A DNA stretch of 64,000 bases, from NCBI GenBank assembly GCA_003427395.1, contig BFEA01000016.1, forward strand, positions 4,661,242-4,725,241, in the 5' to 3' direction. The notes under the pieces are model-generated. The model did not search any database. It was not told the origin of the DNA and saw only the letters and a program-made list of their open reading frames with translations. Made by a program: the position numbers and the translations under genes. Positions 35,126 through 47,788 of the stretch are shown here, piece after piece. The DNA is from Chara braunii. Its lineage: Eukaryota; Plantae; Charophyceae. How positions within the stretch are numbered: the first letter of the stretch is position 1; every line of letters begins with the position of its first letter.

Positions 35126-37289
35126 GTGGAGACAGTGTTTTGCACGGAGCTACGAGAAGGGGAATTGGACGTTGTCGCAGGGACGGTATTGCCGAGGTGG
35201 AAGTGCATCTTGAAACAGTGGGGGTGTCGTGCCGCTAGGATGTGGCGATCGTCTCGTTGAGAGCGTTGCGGCATGCGGCACCTGGAGGAATTGTCAAGGC
35301 TATTGTTATTTTTTTGCGGCACGTTGAACGACCGGGGTTTGAGTCCGGGGCCGCCAAGTATTGCGGCAGGCATGTGGTGACCTGACGTGGTATTCGGCGG
35401 ATTGAGGTGACGCTATATTTGGGGGGGAAGTGTCGCTGAGACTGTGTGGGATTTGAGAGGGGGAGCACGTTGTTCAAACGGCAAGCTCACTTCTAGATTG
35501 GTGAGCGGCGTCTGGGTCAGTGGTGGTATCTAAGGGAGAGTGTGGCTACCCTTGTGAACGACCGCAACGTGAGTTGTGCAGGTCACGGCTCTTCAGAAAA
35601 TATTTGGCTTTCTTGGGTGAGACTTCAAGAAATTCACTCAAGGTCAGTTGATTGATTCAGACATCCCTCCACACCTATGTGAACCCACACTTTGCTTGAC
35701 CCTGTTCGTTTGATTATTCAAAAGAAAGGTAGAGGGAAGTTGTGTGAATCATGCATGTGAATGAAAAAGTATGACTTGAGTATATGATTGTATTGTTCTC
35801 TCGTGAACTTGTTTTATTTGCATGTTGTGCAGGTAGGTAGAAGGATGCTTGCTATGGAGATTGACTTTGCCTATTTGGGATGGAGAAAGGGGTTGTCATG
35901 CTTCTATCTTTCACCTGCCTGCATGACGAAAGTACTTGAATTCTGAAATGAGTAATTTCAACGGGTACCTGGAAGAAAACTTGTGAATAAAATGAAAATG
36001 TAGTCAATTGGACTTAGCATTTTCCCAGGATTGACACATTTTATCTGGAATGACCTTCTATACCTATACTTGTCAGGGTGATTCTCATTCTCTATCTTAT
36101 TCAAATTTTTTACGTCAAGTTACCACGAACCGAGAAGGGGTGAGAATAATGGAAAACTGTTTGCGAGCAATGCATTTTCTTTCTCTAGGAAGTATCCAAG
36201 GCGGGGGTTCGTATGCTTTCGGAGCCGGCCCTGATATCGACTTGGAGTGGACCCGACTCGTCGGGGGTGGTACTTTGCCGACTCGGTGGTGACGGCCCAA
36301 CCTCTGAGATCTGGGTCTTCGGGCTCAGGCGAGGGGAAGGAGTATCCAAAGACCACTTCCTAAAGAAAGAGGCATGCAACACGTCAAGCAACGCCCCTGA
36401 TCAAGAATCACCCGCGAAGCAACCTGTCATCCAGGAAGATTGAAAATGTATGGACATAGGCGTATGCGTGCTTAATCATAGGTCAGCATTAGTTGGAATG
36501 AATAACTTCGGCAGCGTGTCTCATCAAGTCAAAATTAAGGCAGTCCGACTACCTTGTCGGCTGCATCAATATTATAATCGATAGTCAACTTCTCGTTGGC
36601 GATTGTATGGTTGTTTTTATGGAATTCGACCCGGATTTGTCAGATTGTTTTGATATCGTGTAGTTGGATGTACTATATGATGATCCTGATTCTTTCAGTC
36701 ATCATTTCTGATTGGGCATGTTCCCGTCGACTACGATCGATTCTTTTTGGTGAAATTATGTGTGTTTGTAATAACTTTCTTTTTATTGTGTGTCTGAGGG
36801 ACTAGGATTAATTTTGTGGTTTCACGCTTGGTGGGGACCGTCCTAGTCAACCGGCGTCTGCTTCGTACTTAGGAGGTCAGCGCCCTAAGGAATGAACGAC
36901 GTTCGAGTCCACTTGGCATTAACCAAACGTATCTATACTACGGTGAACGAGCAAACGCCCTCGGATGACCTACCTCTGCAATTGCATTTAAAAACTTTCG
37001 CACGTGGGTCGGTAGCTCGGTAGGGATACGCCCCTAAGGGTGGTGATAGCCCCTTAGGGAAGGTAGCTTATGCCCCGCGGGAATCTATCCTGTCGTAGGG
37101 GACCGCGGGATGTATTGTTGGCGCACCCGGCCAGAGCGGCGAGGGACGATGCGACCGCGCACCGTCTCGGTGGCTCGCGGAATTATTTATGCGTCGTTCC
37201 CGAGTTGTCTTTTGATCTTGTTTTTGTTTATCTCCTGCGTGACATGGCCGGGAGGGCCCTCGTTCACGCGAGGGCCGATGCGCTCGACA

Positions 37290-37990
37290 CCGGGACTGCA
37301 CGTCGACCGCAACAGAAGGACAAACCTGATACACAAGGACCGAGCAGAAACAGTTAGACGGAGAATTGTCCCGCTGGTGTGTACTCAGGCAAGAGACGAC
37401 ACTTACTTCCTAACACTAGCGAATGTTGATGGGAGACCATACATTCCTTCGGAGGAGGTGGAGAGAGCTCCCACCCACAACGTGATTCTGCAGAAAACAA
37501 GAATCTTGTACGGGGAACACATCCCAATTAGGGTGATTCCCAAGTCATTGATGATAAATATTATCTGCGAGACCTCCCAAGGGTACTACAAGTTCTTCTT
37601 ACCTTTATTGCACGGATTCCCCCAAAATTGGCAGACTCGCTGACACAGTCCGGGGTTCGTTGGTACCATATGGATGCAGTAAGAGAACGGAACACCCCGG
37701 AACTCGAACAGATCACAGTCTTTCACGAAATCAGTGCATTGATCATGCTCAACCTCTGCTAGAAGCTGCCAGCGGAGGAAGACCTGCAATCGGACTTCAT
37801 ATACTCCATGCTAACGAAGGACTGGCCCACTAGATCACAGGCGGCTTCCTCACGAGACAGTTCAAGAGGTAGCATACAATCCCGCTCCATGCCACAGGCA
37901 ACGACGCCAGAAAGGTCTGCAAACCCAGACAACCAGCAAGGTGATCTAGTCGAATTCAACCGCATCCAACAGCAAGCGGCCACACAGCAA
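37290..37990 (+). pseudogene. LINE ORF1, C-terminal part
   Basis: In-frame continuation after the solo LTR, directly upstream of ORF2. Confidence 0.65.
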
Positions 37991-37994
37991 ACTG

Positions 37995-38459
37995 ATGGAT
38001 AGACTCAAGATGGCTTCCTGGAATCTTCAGGGTTTGGGTGACACAAGTGATAGACAAAAACGGAGAAGGGTTAAAAGTTGGGTATATGAATGGAGGATAA
38101 ATTGTCTATTCATACAAGAATCCAAGCAAGACGAAGGGAAGCTGCTCAAGTTGGGTAACTGGTGGGATGGCCCTCAGGTTTGGCCCCCCCCGCAGAGTAC
38201 CAAAGGGGGTGTGGGCATACTGATACATAGAGATCTTCAGATGAAGGTGATTGACTCGAAAACTGACATGTGGGGTAGATGGGCCTGGATCAGATTGGAA
38301 TCAGGGGGAGAGGAGTGGGCAATCATGACGATCTATGCGCCTACAGGGGCAGGGGAGCGAGCTAGATTTTTCGCTAGTCTGATTTCCCACATCGCAAAGA
38401 TAGACAATCTGATTATAGCGGGGGATTGGAACTTGACTACTACTTGGTTACATAATTAG
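37995..38459 (+). pseudogene. LINE ORF2 APE-type endonuclease
   Basis: ASWNLQGL, FIQES, GGVGIL, IYAP, IIAGDWN. Deleted downstream. Confidence 0.93.
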
Positions 38460-38620
38460 TCATGGGTGGAGTCACGGCAATACAGCAGATCTGCAACCCG
38501 TTGTCGGATCACAAATCGGTGATCGCAGACAGAGTAAGTTCAAGACAGGGGAAAGGTATTTTTAGTCTCAACTCCCGGAACCTGGAAGACCCCGGTCTAG
38601 TGGGGTGGGTAGAACCGTAG

Positions 38621-41600
38621 ATGAGGAACTGGGAAGGAGCCAAAGACCTCTTCCAGTCTGCGAAGGATTGGTTGGACGGGGGTATCGCTATCGTGTCTAG
38701 CATGCTTGGTGTGTGCTCGAGGATTCTAGCAAAGATAAGGAACCAGAAGGAAGCAGAGTGTAAACGAAGAGTGGAAGAAGCGGAAGAAAGGATGAAGGGA
38801 CATCCGATTTCGGCACTGGTGTGGGCTGCAGAGAGGGGGAAGAGGATGGCAGAATAAGAAGACCTACAATCAAAGAAAGAACGAAGGTGGTCGAACTGGC
38901 TGAAGGAGAAAGGCATCGAAGTCAACGACAAGATGAATAAAGAAACGTTTCAAAAGCTTCTCCCTAGGCGGTCAATGCAGCAAATGGTGGAACTCAGGCA
39001 CCCCTTTGAGGAAGCAGATCCTGCGACCTCCACAACGGCAGGGATGCTAGACTATGCCAGACTGTATTACGAAGATATTTTCACCACTCGCCGGCCACAA
39101 GACAATGTACATAAGGACCTGACGAGGGTTTCGAGCCTGTGGGAGGACACTAAGGGAAGATTACCACTCTCAGCAAAGTTGGATCTGGATATACCTCTCA
39201 CCATCGAGAAGACCACCCAGACACTGAAGTCCATGGCGAAAGGCAAGGCGCCGGGTATCGATGGCTTGACAGTGGAATTTTACTCCAAGTGTTGGGGTGC
39301 GGTAGGGCCACCCCTGGTGGAACTTTACAGGAGGCCAATTGGGAAAGAAGATGACATATGGGGTTATCTCGGTACTCTTCAAGAAAGGTGACAAGGCGAA
39401 AGTGAGGAATTGGCGTCCGATCTCCTTACTCAATGTCTCGTACAAAATATTGGTCAAGACATTAGCAAGGGGATTAGGGCGGTACCTACCTGGTTTGATG
39501 GAGAAGGACCAAGGCGCCTTTGTCCAAGGGCATTCCATCTTCAACAACATCACAACTGCCATCGAGGTCCCGGAAGTGGTACAATCCGAGAATCTGGACA
39601 CGGCGGTGTTGCTGATTGATTTGGAGAAGGCGTACGACAAAGTGGAATGGACGTTTGTCATGACCACATTGAAACACATGGGCTTTGGTGGAGGATTCTA
39701 CAAATGGGTAATTGCTTTGTACACCCTCTGCACCTCCGCAATAATGGTGAACGGCCTCCTGTCAGCTCCCTTCAAACTGTCAAGGTCCCTGTGCTGCCCA
39801 CTCGCTCCTCTACTGTTCGTGCTCCAAATGGAAGTACTTCTCAATCGCATCAAAAAACACCCGTTGATCAAGGGCATCCGTCTCAATGAGACAACGGAAT
39901 GCAGAGTCAAGGCTCTAGCTGACGACCTGTTTGTTGTATGTACGAACATGGCACCAGCACTCTCGGCCTTGAAGACAGTCATGCAGGAGTATCCGGCCTT
40001 GTCAGAAGCCTCAGTAAACTGGTCAAAATCTTCCTATCTACTGCCAAGCCAGTTTAAGCTAAATGTTGAATGGGGAATGAGAAGGACCGAGGAGGGTGAA
40101 GAAGAAAGATTCATAGGGGTCCTAATTAGCTTGCAAGTGGAAACATCATCTCACGGGCTACTTCTTCAGAGCAGAATTGCAGCCTGGCTGAAATTATGGG
40201 GCTCTACATGATACTTATCCTTGATAGGGCGGGCACTAGTGGCGAAGGTGGCCCTTTTCTCAATTCTCTGGTTCGTGTGCGCAGTTCGCGAAATCGCTGC
40301 AGGTGTCATCACGACAGTACGCCGATTAGTGGCTCGTTTCCTCTGGAAACCACACGCTAAGAAGAAGGAGGGCTTTATAACCAAGGTGGTATGGGAGCTG
40401 CTCACTTTCCCACGAGCGCAGGGAAGGCTAGGCCTCTGGGACCCGGCACGGAAGAACCAGACGCAGTTGAGAACCTGGATGGTTAAGGTGGCAACAGTGG
40501 AATCCAAAGAAGACTAGATCCTCCTGGCAAAAAGGTTGATGATGAGAGAATGGCGACTCATCAGACCCGAAGATGTCTGGGTCTGTTTCTTTATGGACTC
40601 ATTCAAGAAGAAAAGAGTGAAGTCGCTTTTTCTGGAAGTCAACTCTGAGAGTGTGAAGAAGCCTTTCTCCGGATATGCCAACACCCCCGAGCACGAAAAA
40701 AGAGGTGTTGGCCCAACACTTATTCGAGAACCCCGCCATCTGCAATCCGGGAGGGCAAGCCTTTCCTGCAAATAGTTCAGCGGCCACCTTCAGTCTAGCC
40801 TGGATGAGAAAGGAGTATCAAGGATAAGGGATATGTGGTCTTCTTTGCTTGGTAACTGGGAACCGCTGTCAGAAGTTAAAACCCGGCTGCAAGGACTCAA
40901 GCGAGTAGAGGAGAACTGGCTCGCACTACTCGAGGCTATACCTCAGGACTGGAAAAACATCCTTGGCCCGGAAGGGGTGGACCCAATACGCACGTGGTAT
41001 GTGGCAGAGGATCAGGAAAGGAGAGAAGTCGTTTGGAAGACAACAGAGATTCTGGCTAGCGGGTTCATAATGTTTGAAAGTTGGCAATGTGAGGGGGAAG
41101 GAAACAGGCTTGCGCTCCTGGGAAAAGCGGTAGTCCAGCGTTGGAGGAACCCCCCGCAGACCCAGATTGTGGAACAAAAGGAACCGGGTAGCTGCGCGGA
41201 GTCGTTGATCTGGATCGACCGATCCCCTCTCAGACAACTGCGAATAGATCCTCTAGCTGAAGTTGGAGCAGGCCAGGCTCCAATGGTGCAACGGCTGGTC
41301 CGTTATTTCTGTCTAAGTACAACACAAAGGAAGGTTACGTATTAGCGAATAGATCTGCCAGATCACCAGCCTCTGTTGCTGTATCAAGGTGGTCCAAGGT
41401 GTTGGGTGAAGCTGCCTCACCATATGAATGAGCTGGAGCTCCTTCCGAATGAAAAGCAAGTGAGCATCCTTTGGCTGATATCCCTGTTAGTGACACCATC
41501 CGCAGTCTAGCTGCAGAGCCAAGGGGTAACAGTATAACTAGGTTGTTCAAGATGCAGGTGGCCATTTGAGTCCACATGGCATCTGCGGTGGGGCTGCCCA

Positions 41601-42023
41601 ACATCAAAACGCGTTTGGAAATGGTGGGAACTTCACTGGAAGGAAATGAGGGAGGCACGGCTAGAATGGAACGAGCACTGGGTCCTCTTGGGCTTCCTGC
41701 CCACAGATTGGAATGGAAAGAGAGGATGGGGGTATGTCGCCCAAGTGACAAGAGGCATCATCTGTGAGTGCATCTGGGCAGACAGAAGCAAGGCAAGATT
41801 TGAGAAACACCCCTTGTCAGATGCAGAGATCAACAGAAGAATCAAAGTGGGCCTCAAGCACGCCATCAGAGTGGAGTGGCGAAGAAAAGCCCGGGCATGG
41901 GAGGGCAGCAGGAAACAGAACTCTTGGTTCCTCCATACCGGGGCTCGTCAGAACCGGCTATCTACAGTTCATCCAGACCGAGGGTCAGTGATCTCCAAAT
42001 GGATCTTGGGGAAGGAGGGTTAG
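38621..42023 (+). pseudogene. LINE ORF2 reverse transcriptase and C-terminal region
   Basis: KAPGIDGLTVEFY, NWRPISLLNVSYKI, DLEKAYDKV, PLAPLLF, ALADDL. Many stops and frameshifts. Confidence 0.95.
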
Positions 42024-42491
42024 TGTATTAGGGACTTAGGCAATCCGGTAAATTATAGAGCCCCTGCGGAGACCAGGGCACTCGGTCCCACAGAGAAGTC
42101 TAGATCAGTTGGAGTGACCACCCAAGAACCAGGACACTCGGTTCCTTAGGGCCGCGGTGGGCCGTTAGGAGAGGGTCGGTATAGTCTCAGTTTTAGGCTA
42201 GAGTACGCTAGCTTAAACGGTAGTTAGTTAGCCGACGACAGTTAAGTGTTCTGGTTAGAACCGTCGCAGGTTTAAGTGAATTCTACTTTAACCAAAATGA
42301 AATGTCAAGTCAAGTCGTACTCATGATCAAGTTCAGGTATGAAGGTAATTAGTTTTGTAACACAGAACTCCGGAGCGCTGGATTCCGCAGGCAAATGCCT
42401 GTAAGCTAAGATGGTTGATGTTGTCAATACTCCGGGTTGAACTGATGCTCCCGAGACTTCTTGGTCGCAGAATATAAAGATTGAGAGTTTT

Positions 42492-42532
<41 letters not shown>

Positions 42533-43364
42533 ATTTGAGGGTTGTGGCAAACATGACATCAAGCTATGTCAATGAAGACAAATCAAAACTGACAGACACA
42601 AGGCAAAGGCAAGATGAATGAGGGAAGTTGAGAGCTCATAATAATCTCAACACACGTGGTCAACGGGGATTCCCAGTTTCAGCTCTTAACTAACAGGTTC
42701 AAAACTGAAATTAGGGTTATGACTTGGTGGCAAGTTTGGTGAAAATGACCCTTGGATTTTGTTATAAATGGCATGACAAGTTGTTTGAAAATTAGGGTAT
42801 TTGTTAACCGCCTCTCGACATGAAAAGCATAATCAGCGCTATAAGTCTCAGCTCGCACTCCTTCCTCTAAGGCTTATTCTCGATCTCAGTCTCCCTGAGC
42901 GTATAGCATCATGCCAATGTATCTTTTGAGATAGTGGCACAGCCTCATAGGAATGAATTGCCACCTGAGAGAACTGACATCGAAAAAGGTCAGTCAAATA
43001 CAAGGGTTTTTATATATGCCCATGCACATGCCGAGTATTACTCCCACGCTAACAAATATATGGCCTTGAGAAGTTCCCTCTCCTCAGATCACCAAACCCA
43101 GATGGTTCAGTCAGTGCTTCAATATCAATCTCAATTGGAGAGATGTACTTTTTTGCCAAGTCCACAAGGTAACCTCCCATACCAACTATTGAAAGGAACA
43201 GGTGACCTTCGATAATCTGAATATTGCTTAGGACCGAACTAGTAGATTAACTTTTTCGTTCTCAAGCTCTAGGTTGACGGCTCGTTCATCAAGATAAGTT
43301 TTTGTTGCAGCCAATACCGAGTCAAAGCACTCATGAGCCTCATTTCCTCTCTTGATGTAGGGTC

Positions 43365-43811
43365 TCAGATCATACATTGATGTCTGAATGAACTGTGTGA
43401 GAACAACATAGATGGAGATATCCACCTCCCTGAAACCAATGACATTGACATAGAGATAAGGTACAACTTTCTTGGAAACACTCCGATTGACGTTGGTAAA
43501 GACTGACCCATTGACTGAGAATGAAGGAACTGTGCTGATGAGAATGACAATCTCTGCTGATTTTTTATAATCTCTTTGGCTTGCTTGACTGTCTCAAATG
43601 ATGTGGTTATGCTGATTGTCTCACCGTTCTGATCCTGGTAATATATTGTGTACTTGATTATGGCTTATCTTTTGATAACTTTGAGTCCTTTGTTTCTCAT
43701 CTGCCTCTTGAATAAAGCTATGCAGTTTGTCTCATCATGATTTTCATCCCACTTGTTTGAGCTCCTTTGTTGTATGTTAAAGGTTACCTATATAACATTT
43801 TTCTTCCTCAT
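43365..43811 (-). pseudogene. Orphan small ORF, paralogue of 43897-44184, two internal stops
   Basis: MRKKNVI*VTFNI...KWDE...FKRQMR...IIKYTIYY...FETVKQAKEIIKNQQ aligns with the neighbouring ORF. Confidence 0.5.
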
Positions 43812-43896
43812 CTCTTTCTGACTTTTGATTGAGTTTTAACTGATTGTTTGAGTTGAAAAGTATGTACAGGGTCCGAAAGATGACTGTCAGGGTAAT

Positions 43897-44184
43897 TCAC
43901 TGCTGACCGCTGACAATCTTCCTAGCTCGCTCGATAGTTTCAACATAGGAATCACTGTTGTGCAGTTTCATATCTTGTCCGTGGAAATAGAAAATGTACT
44001 TAATGAACTTTTGATCTTTCATTAGCTCGAGTGTTCTCTCCCTCATCGTTTTCTTATATGATTTCATTTCCTCAAAGGTTTTGTCCTCCCACCCGTCCAC
44101 TTTGTCTCGGTAAAGAGTGTAGGGCATCACCAAAATGTTCTTGCTGTACATTTTTATTTTCTTTTGTCCATTTAAAAGTTTCAT
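43897..44184 (-). CDS. Hypothetical 95-aa protein
   Basis: Intact ORF in AT-rich DNA with an adjacent paralogue recognisable at protein level. Confidence 0.45.
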   Translation of the reverse strand: MKLLNGQKKIKMYSKNILVMPYTLYRDKVDGWEDKTFEEMKSYKKTMRERTLELMKDQKFIKYIFYFHGQDMKLHNSDSYVETIERARKIVSGQQ

Positions 44185-44581
44185 GATACTTTCAGAACCG
44201 TTGTTTATGTTTAACAGTTAATGGTTTTCGATAATTATCTTATTGTCTCAAGAAGTGAGGAATGATGCTCTCGGAGTCACTGCTGGTGATTACTGCTGGG
44301 ATTTTCTACAGAGTCTCACTATTGGGTTTCTCAGTTAGCGACCAGTTGCTTGCCACCCAACAAAAAACCTATTGCTAAGGCTCTCAACAAATTGCTTGTT
44401 GCTAACTATCTATCAGTGGAGACTGAGGTTGCATAAAGTTCATTCACATATGGCATAGGGGTTCTATTGTGCATTGTCCCCGTTCGTATATAGAACAGGG
44501 GAGTTATGTGGAACCTGGTTGTGTCACTAACTTTTCTCAAGTGAGCAGAGTAAGGTAAACTAAAATAAAATTTATCTTCAC

Positions 44582-45338
44582 ATGAATAGTTACCAGAGCA
44601 CACTCTTTACACCGGGTACCACTAATGGCAAACCTCATTCAAATGATATATAGAGCACCACTAACAATAAAACCTGCTTGATTAGTACAAAAAATGTAAC
44701 AATTGGTGAACCCTGTTTAAATAGTGCACAAGGAGGGTAGCAACCATGCTCAATTAGCACATAGGGTACTGCAGGCAGTGAACCTCGTTCACATGGTATT
44801 TAAAGTATTGTCGATGATGGACACCGTAGTACACAGCGTACAACTGGCAACGGACCCCACTAAGTAGTATACAACGTACTACTGACGGTAAGCCCCACTT
44901 TGAATACTTCACACAGTACAACTCACGAAAACCTCAGAAAACTATGTAGAATATCATTCTTGATTATCTTCGTTTGGATATTACGCAAAATACCAGTAGA
45001 GGTAAGTCTCACTTTGTATAACATACAGGGTATCACTAGTCGTTACCTCTACTCGTTTTTAGCACAGGATACAACAAGTGTCTCCCTCCGCCCGAATACT
45101 GCAACGGATATCATTAACCTCGACTCACACTCATATACGATGCAAAGTGTCGTCGATCACAGCCCCAGTCCGTAATGGTGCAGAGATTGCTAAGACACGT
45201 TGTTCCAATTCATATACAACGCAAGAGGTAAATTTATGTAGTTTTTCCTCATGTACAAAGCAGGGTGTTGCTCAAGGTAGGTTTTGTTTAAATACTACGC
45301 CGGGTGGTTGGGCACAGCCTCTATTCATTTGGGGTTAA
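44582..45338 (+). pseudogene. Decayed ORF built from a ~13-aa (39-bp) repeat
   Basis: ATG at 44582, then GTTNGKPHSNDI*/STTNNKTCLISTK/NVTIGEPCLNSAQ/GTAGSEPRSHGI*. Most stops fall at the Gln position. Confidence 0.4.
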
Positions 45339-46585
45339 TCAAACAAAGACTAATTCGTAATTTCCAGATTGTAGTGAACAACTTCAAAATCCTATGTCAA
45401 CAAAGAGAAAAAACCTTATAAGATTTTATCACAACATTCGAGAACGAACTTTCACTAATCGGGACATTGGAGGATATTTTGAAAGATCGACCAATCATAA
45501 AGAACAGACTAGCAAGCATGCTCAGGCCTTAAAGCTTTACTAAAATTAGTCCAGTTATGAAAATTTTGTGAATAATTATCATTAACTTTTGTAACAATTA
45601 TAGAATTTTACCTGACCCGAAATTTTAGTTTGCGAATATTAACAACTGCAAATTCAAGGTCGAGTCTCAATGAAGTATACATATGACAAGGTTAGTAACT
45701 CTGACTACTCAAACTCTATACTAATTGCGTTACTTATCTCTCCTCATGTTAACTCAACGCTCAACATTTGCATACAGAAGATCATCTCCTTTCTTTTAAT
45801 CACAATCTACTAAGTATTTAGCCAATAGGGTAAGTTGTCCTTCGCAACAAAAACCATTTTTTTCCCATCACCGACAACAAAGAAACTCAATGAGGGTCAA
45901 GGAATCGCACTCAAGATGGATTTGTTTTCAAAACCGACTCATTCAATCTCCCTCCTCCCCGTTGTTTTTTCTTCCTCCGCGTATATGTGAAGTAGATTTG
46001 GAATGAAGCATCAATAACTTCTATTTTATAATGCTCTAGATGATTAAATCTCGACTCACGAGCATAACTTTGTTGGTATAAACCGTCCAGAGATTGCTTG
46101 ATGAATGACGTGTCCATCTGTGAAAATATAGTTAATCTTAACATGAGCCAAGTCGTTATCTAACCACATCAAACCTTACCAATCGCCTTATTTTCAATAA
46201 GAGACGAAGAGATTTTACGTCGATTAGCCCGAAAACGTCCTTAACAACATCACAAGGAAAAGGTAACTCTTGTTAATGTTATATTTCATCTTTTTCCCTC
46301 CCCACGTTCGTAGAGAATTATAGGAAATTTAAACAAAAAAACTTAATAACCCAAAACATTTCTCGATGAACTTACGGTTCAACAACGAGTCCACAAAGAC
46401 AAGAGAAGGCATGAAACAAACTCAAACTGTTATTAAGTGACATTCCATGGGTGCAAAGAAAAATAGTTTTTGCATTGACTAAGAACTCGATTTAACTCGG
46501 TGAAAAAATATTCCAATTTTCAATTACCATAGACACTTTTTGGCAGACCATGATCACACTTGCCAAGTCTTCAAACTGACTACGT

Positions 46586-46813
46586 TGTCGAGCGCATCGG
46601 CTCCCACATTTTAAGCAAAGCGCGGGAGCCTTCCCGACCATGTCACGCAAGAGTTAAACAAAACAAAACAAAATCAAGAGATAACTTGGGAACGACGCAA
46701 AATAATTCCGCGATCCTTCAAGGCGACCGTGGTTGCGTCGTCCCTTCGTCGCTTTGGCCTGGTGCGCCAGCTGTACATCCCGCGATCCCCTACGACAGGA
46801 GAGGTTTCCGCGG
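46586..46813 (-). mobile_element. 3' end of an A-type LTR, split by solo LTR C
   Basis: TGTCGAGCGCATCGG terminus. The sequence resumes at 54863. Confidence 0.88.
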
Positions 46814-46891
46814 TGTCGAGCGCATCGGTCCGGCACCGCACAAGGGCAGCGCGGGATCCTCCCGACCGTGTCACGCAGGAGTTGGACTTAA

Positions 46892-47788
46892 ACCACCAGT
46901 ACCTTCCCCAGTGTTGGGAAATTACGTGATACTAACCAGTACCCGAAGTTTTCGGGGGTCGGACAGAGGGTCGGCAATGTCCCAAAAGTCGTATTTTTTT
47001 TTTTGCCCGTGCACGAAAGGGAAAGGAAAAAAAACGGGCCTTTGTACTGCAATGATGTCGGGCAGGGATGTCTAGGAGACCGTGCTCACACAGCCTCACA
47101 GTCTTGCATGCATCTTACGGCAAAGAACTTGTTGTTTTTTGTTTTTTGTTTTTATTTGTTTGTTATGAGTACCTTGCCAACGAGGCAGGGCGGAATCCGT
47201 GATCTGCTCATGTATTGTTTCCTCAGATGATTGTAACACTGATGTATCCAACCGTTTTCAAGGCCGAATCCATGTTTTTCATTTTTTTTTTTTTTTTTTC
47301 ATTTTCTGAACTTTGACAATCTGAATCCGTGATCTGCTCGACCTGTGTTCCATCAGAGGATTGTAACCCTGATCACACTGGCACTTACGAGAATGTATCT
47401 TGCCATTTTCAAGAGCGAATCCATGTTTGTCCGTTTTTTTTTTGTTTTTTTTTTTTTTTAAATCTGACAACCTTGCCACGGGGCTGAGATGCCCTCACTG
47501 AAGGCATACTCACACTTACACTTCCGAGAATGTATACAGCTGCAATCAGGCCCAGAGCTTTGTTTCTTTTTCTTGTTTTCTGAGTTTTCNNNNNNNNNNN
47601 NNNNNNNNNNNNNNNNNNNNNNNNNNNNNNNNNNNNNNNNNNNNNNNNNNNNNNNNNNNNNNNNNNNNNNNNNNNNNNNNNNNNNNNNNNNNNNNNNATA
47701 AAGAAATGGAGTGGGACCCAGGCTCGGCAAAACTCGGAGCGCAGTGAAAATCAGGGTCGGCAAAAACAAGCTCGGAGGTACTGGTGGT
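46892..47788. mobile_element. Non-autonomous TIR element with TTAA target duplication
   Basis: TTAA|ACCACCAGTACCT ... AGGTACTGGTGGT|TTAA interrupts LTR C. Confidence 0.85.

Larger units (their letters stand above)
32573..37289 (+). mobile_element. Solo LTR subfamily D (4717 bp)
   Basis: TGTCG...CGACA termini, 4-bp TSD CCGA/CCGG. The LINE ORF1 frame rejoins across it (GAVP|GLHVDRN). Confidence 0.92.
28556..42529 (+). mobile_element. L1-clade LINE, decayed, probably full length, interrupted by solo LTR D
   Basis: ORF1 with CCHC knuckle, ORF2 with EN and RT, poly(A) at 42497-42529. Candidate TSD GCCATTTGGGGG (28544) / GTCATTTGAGGG (42530), two transitions apart. 5' end tentative. Confidence 0.85.
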
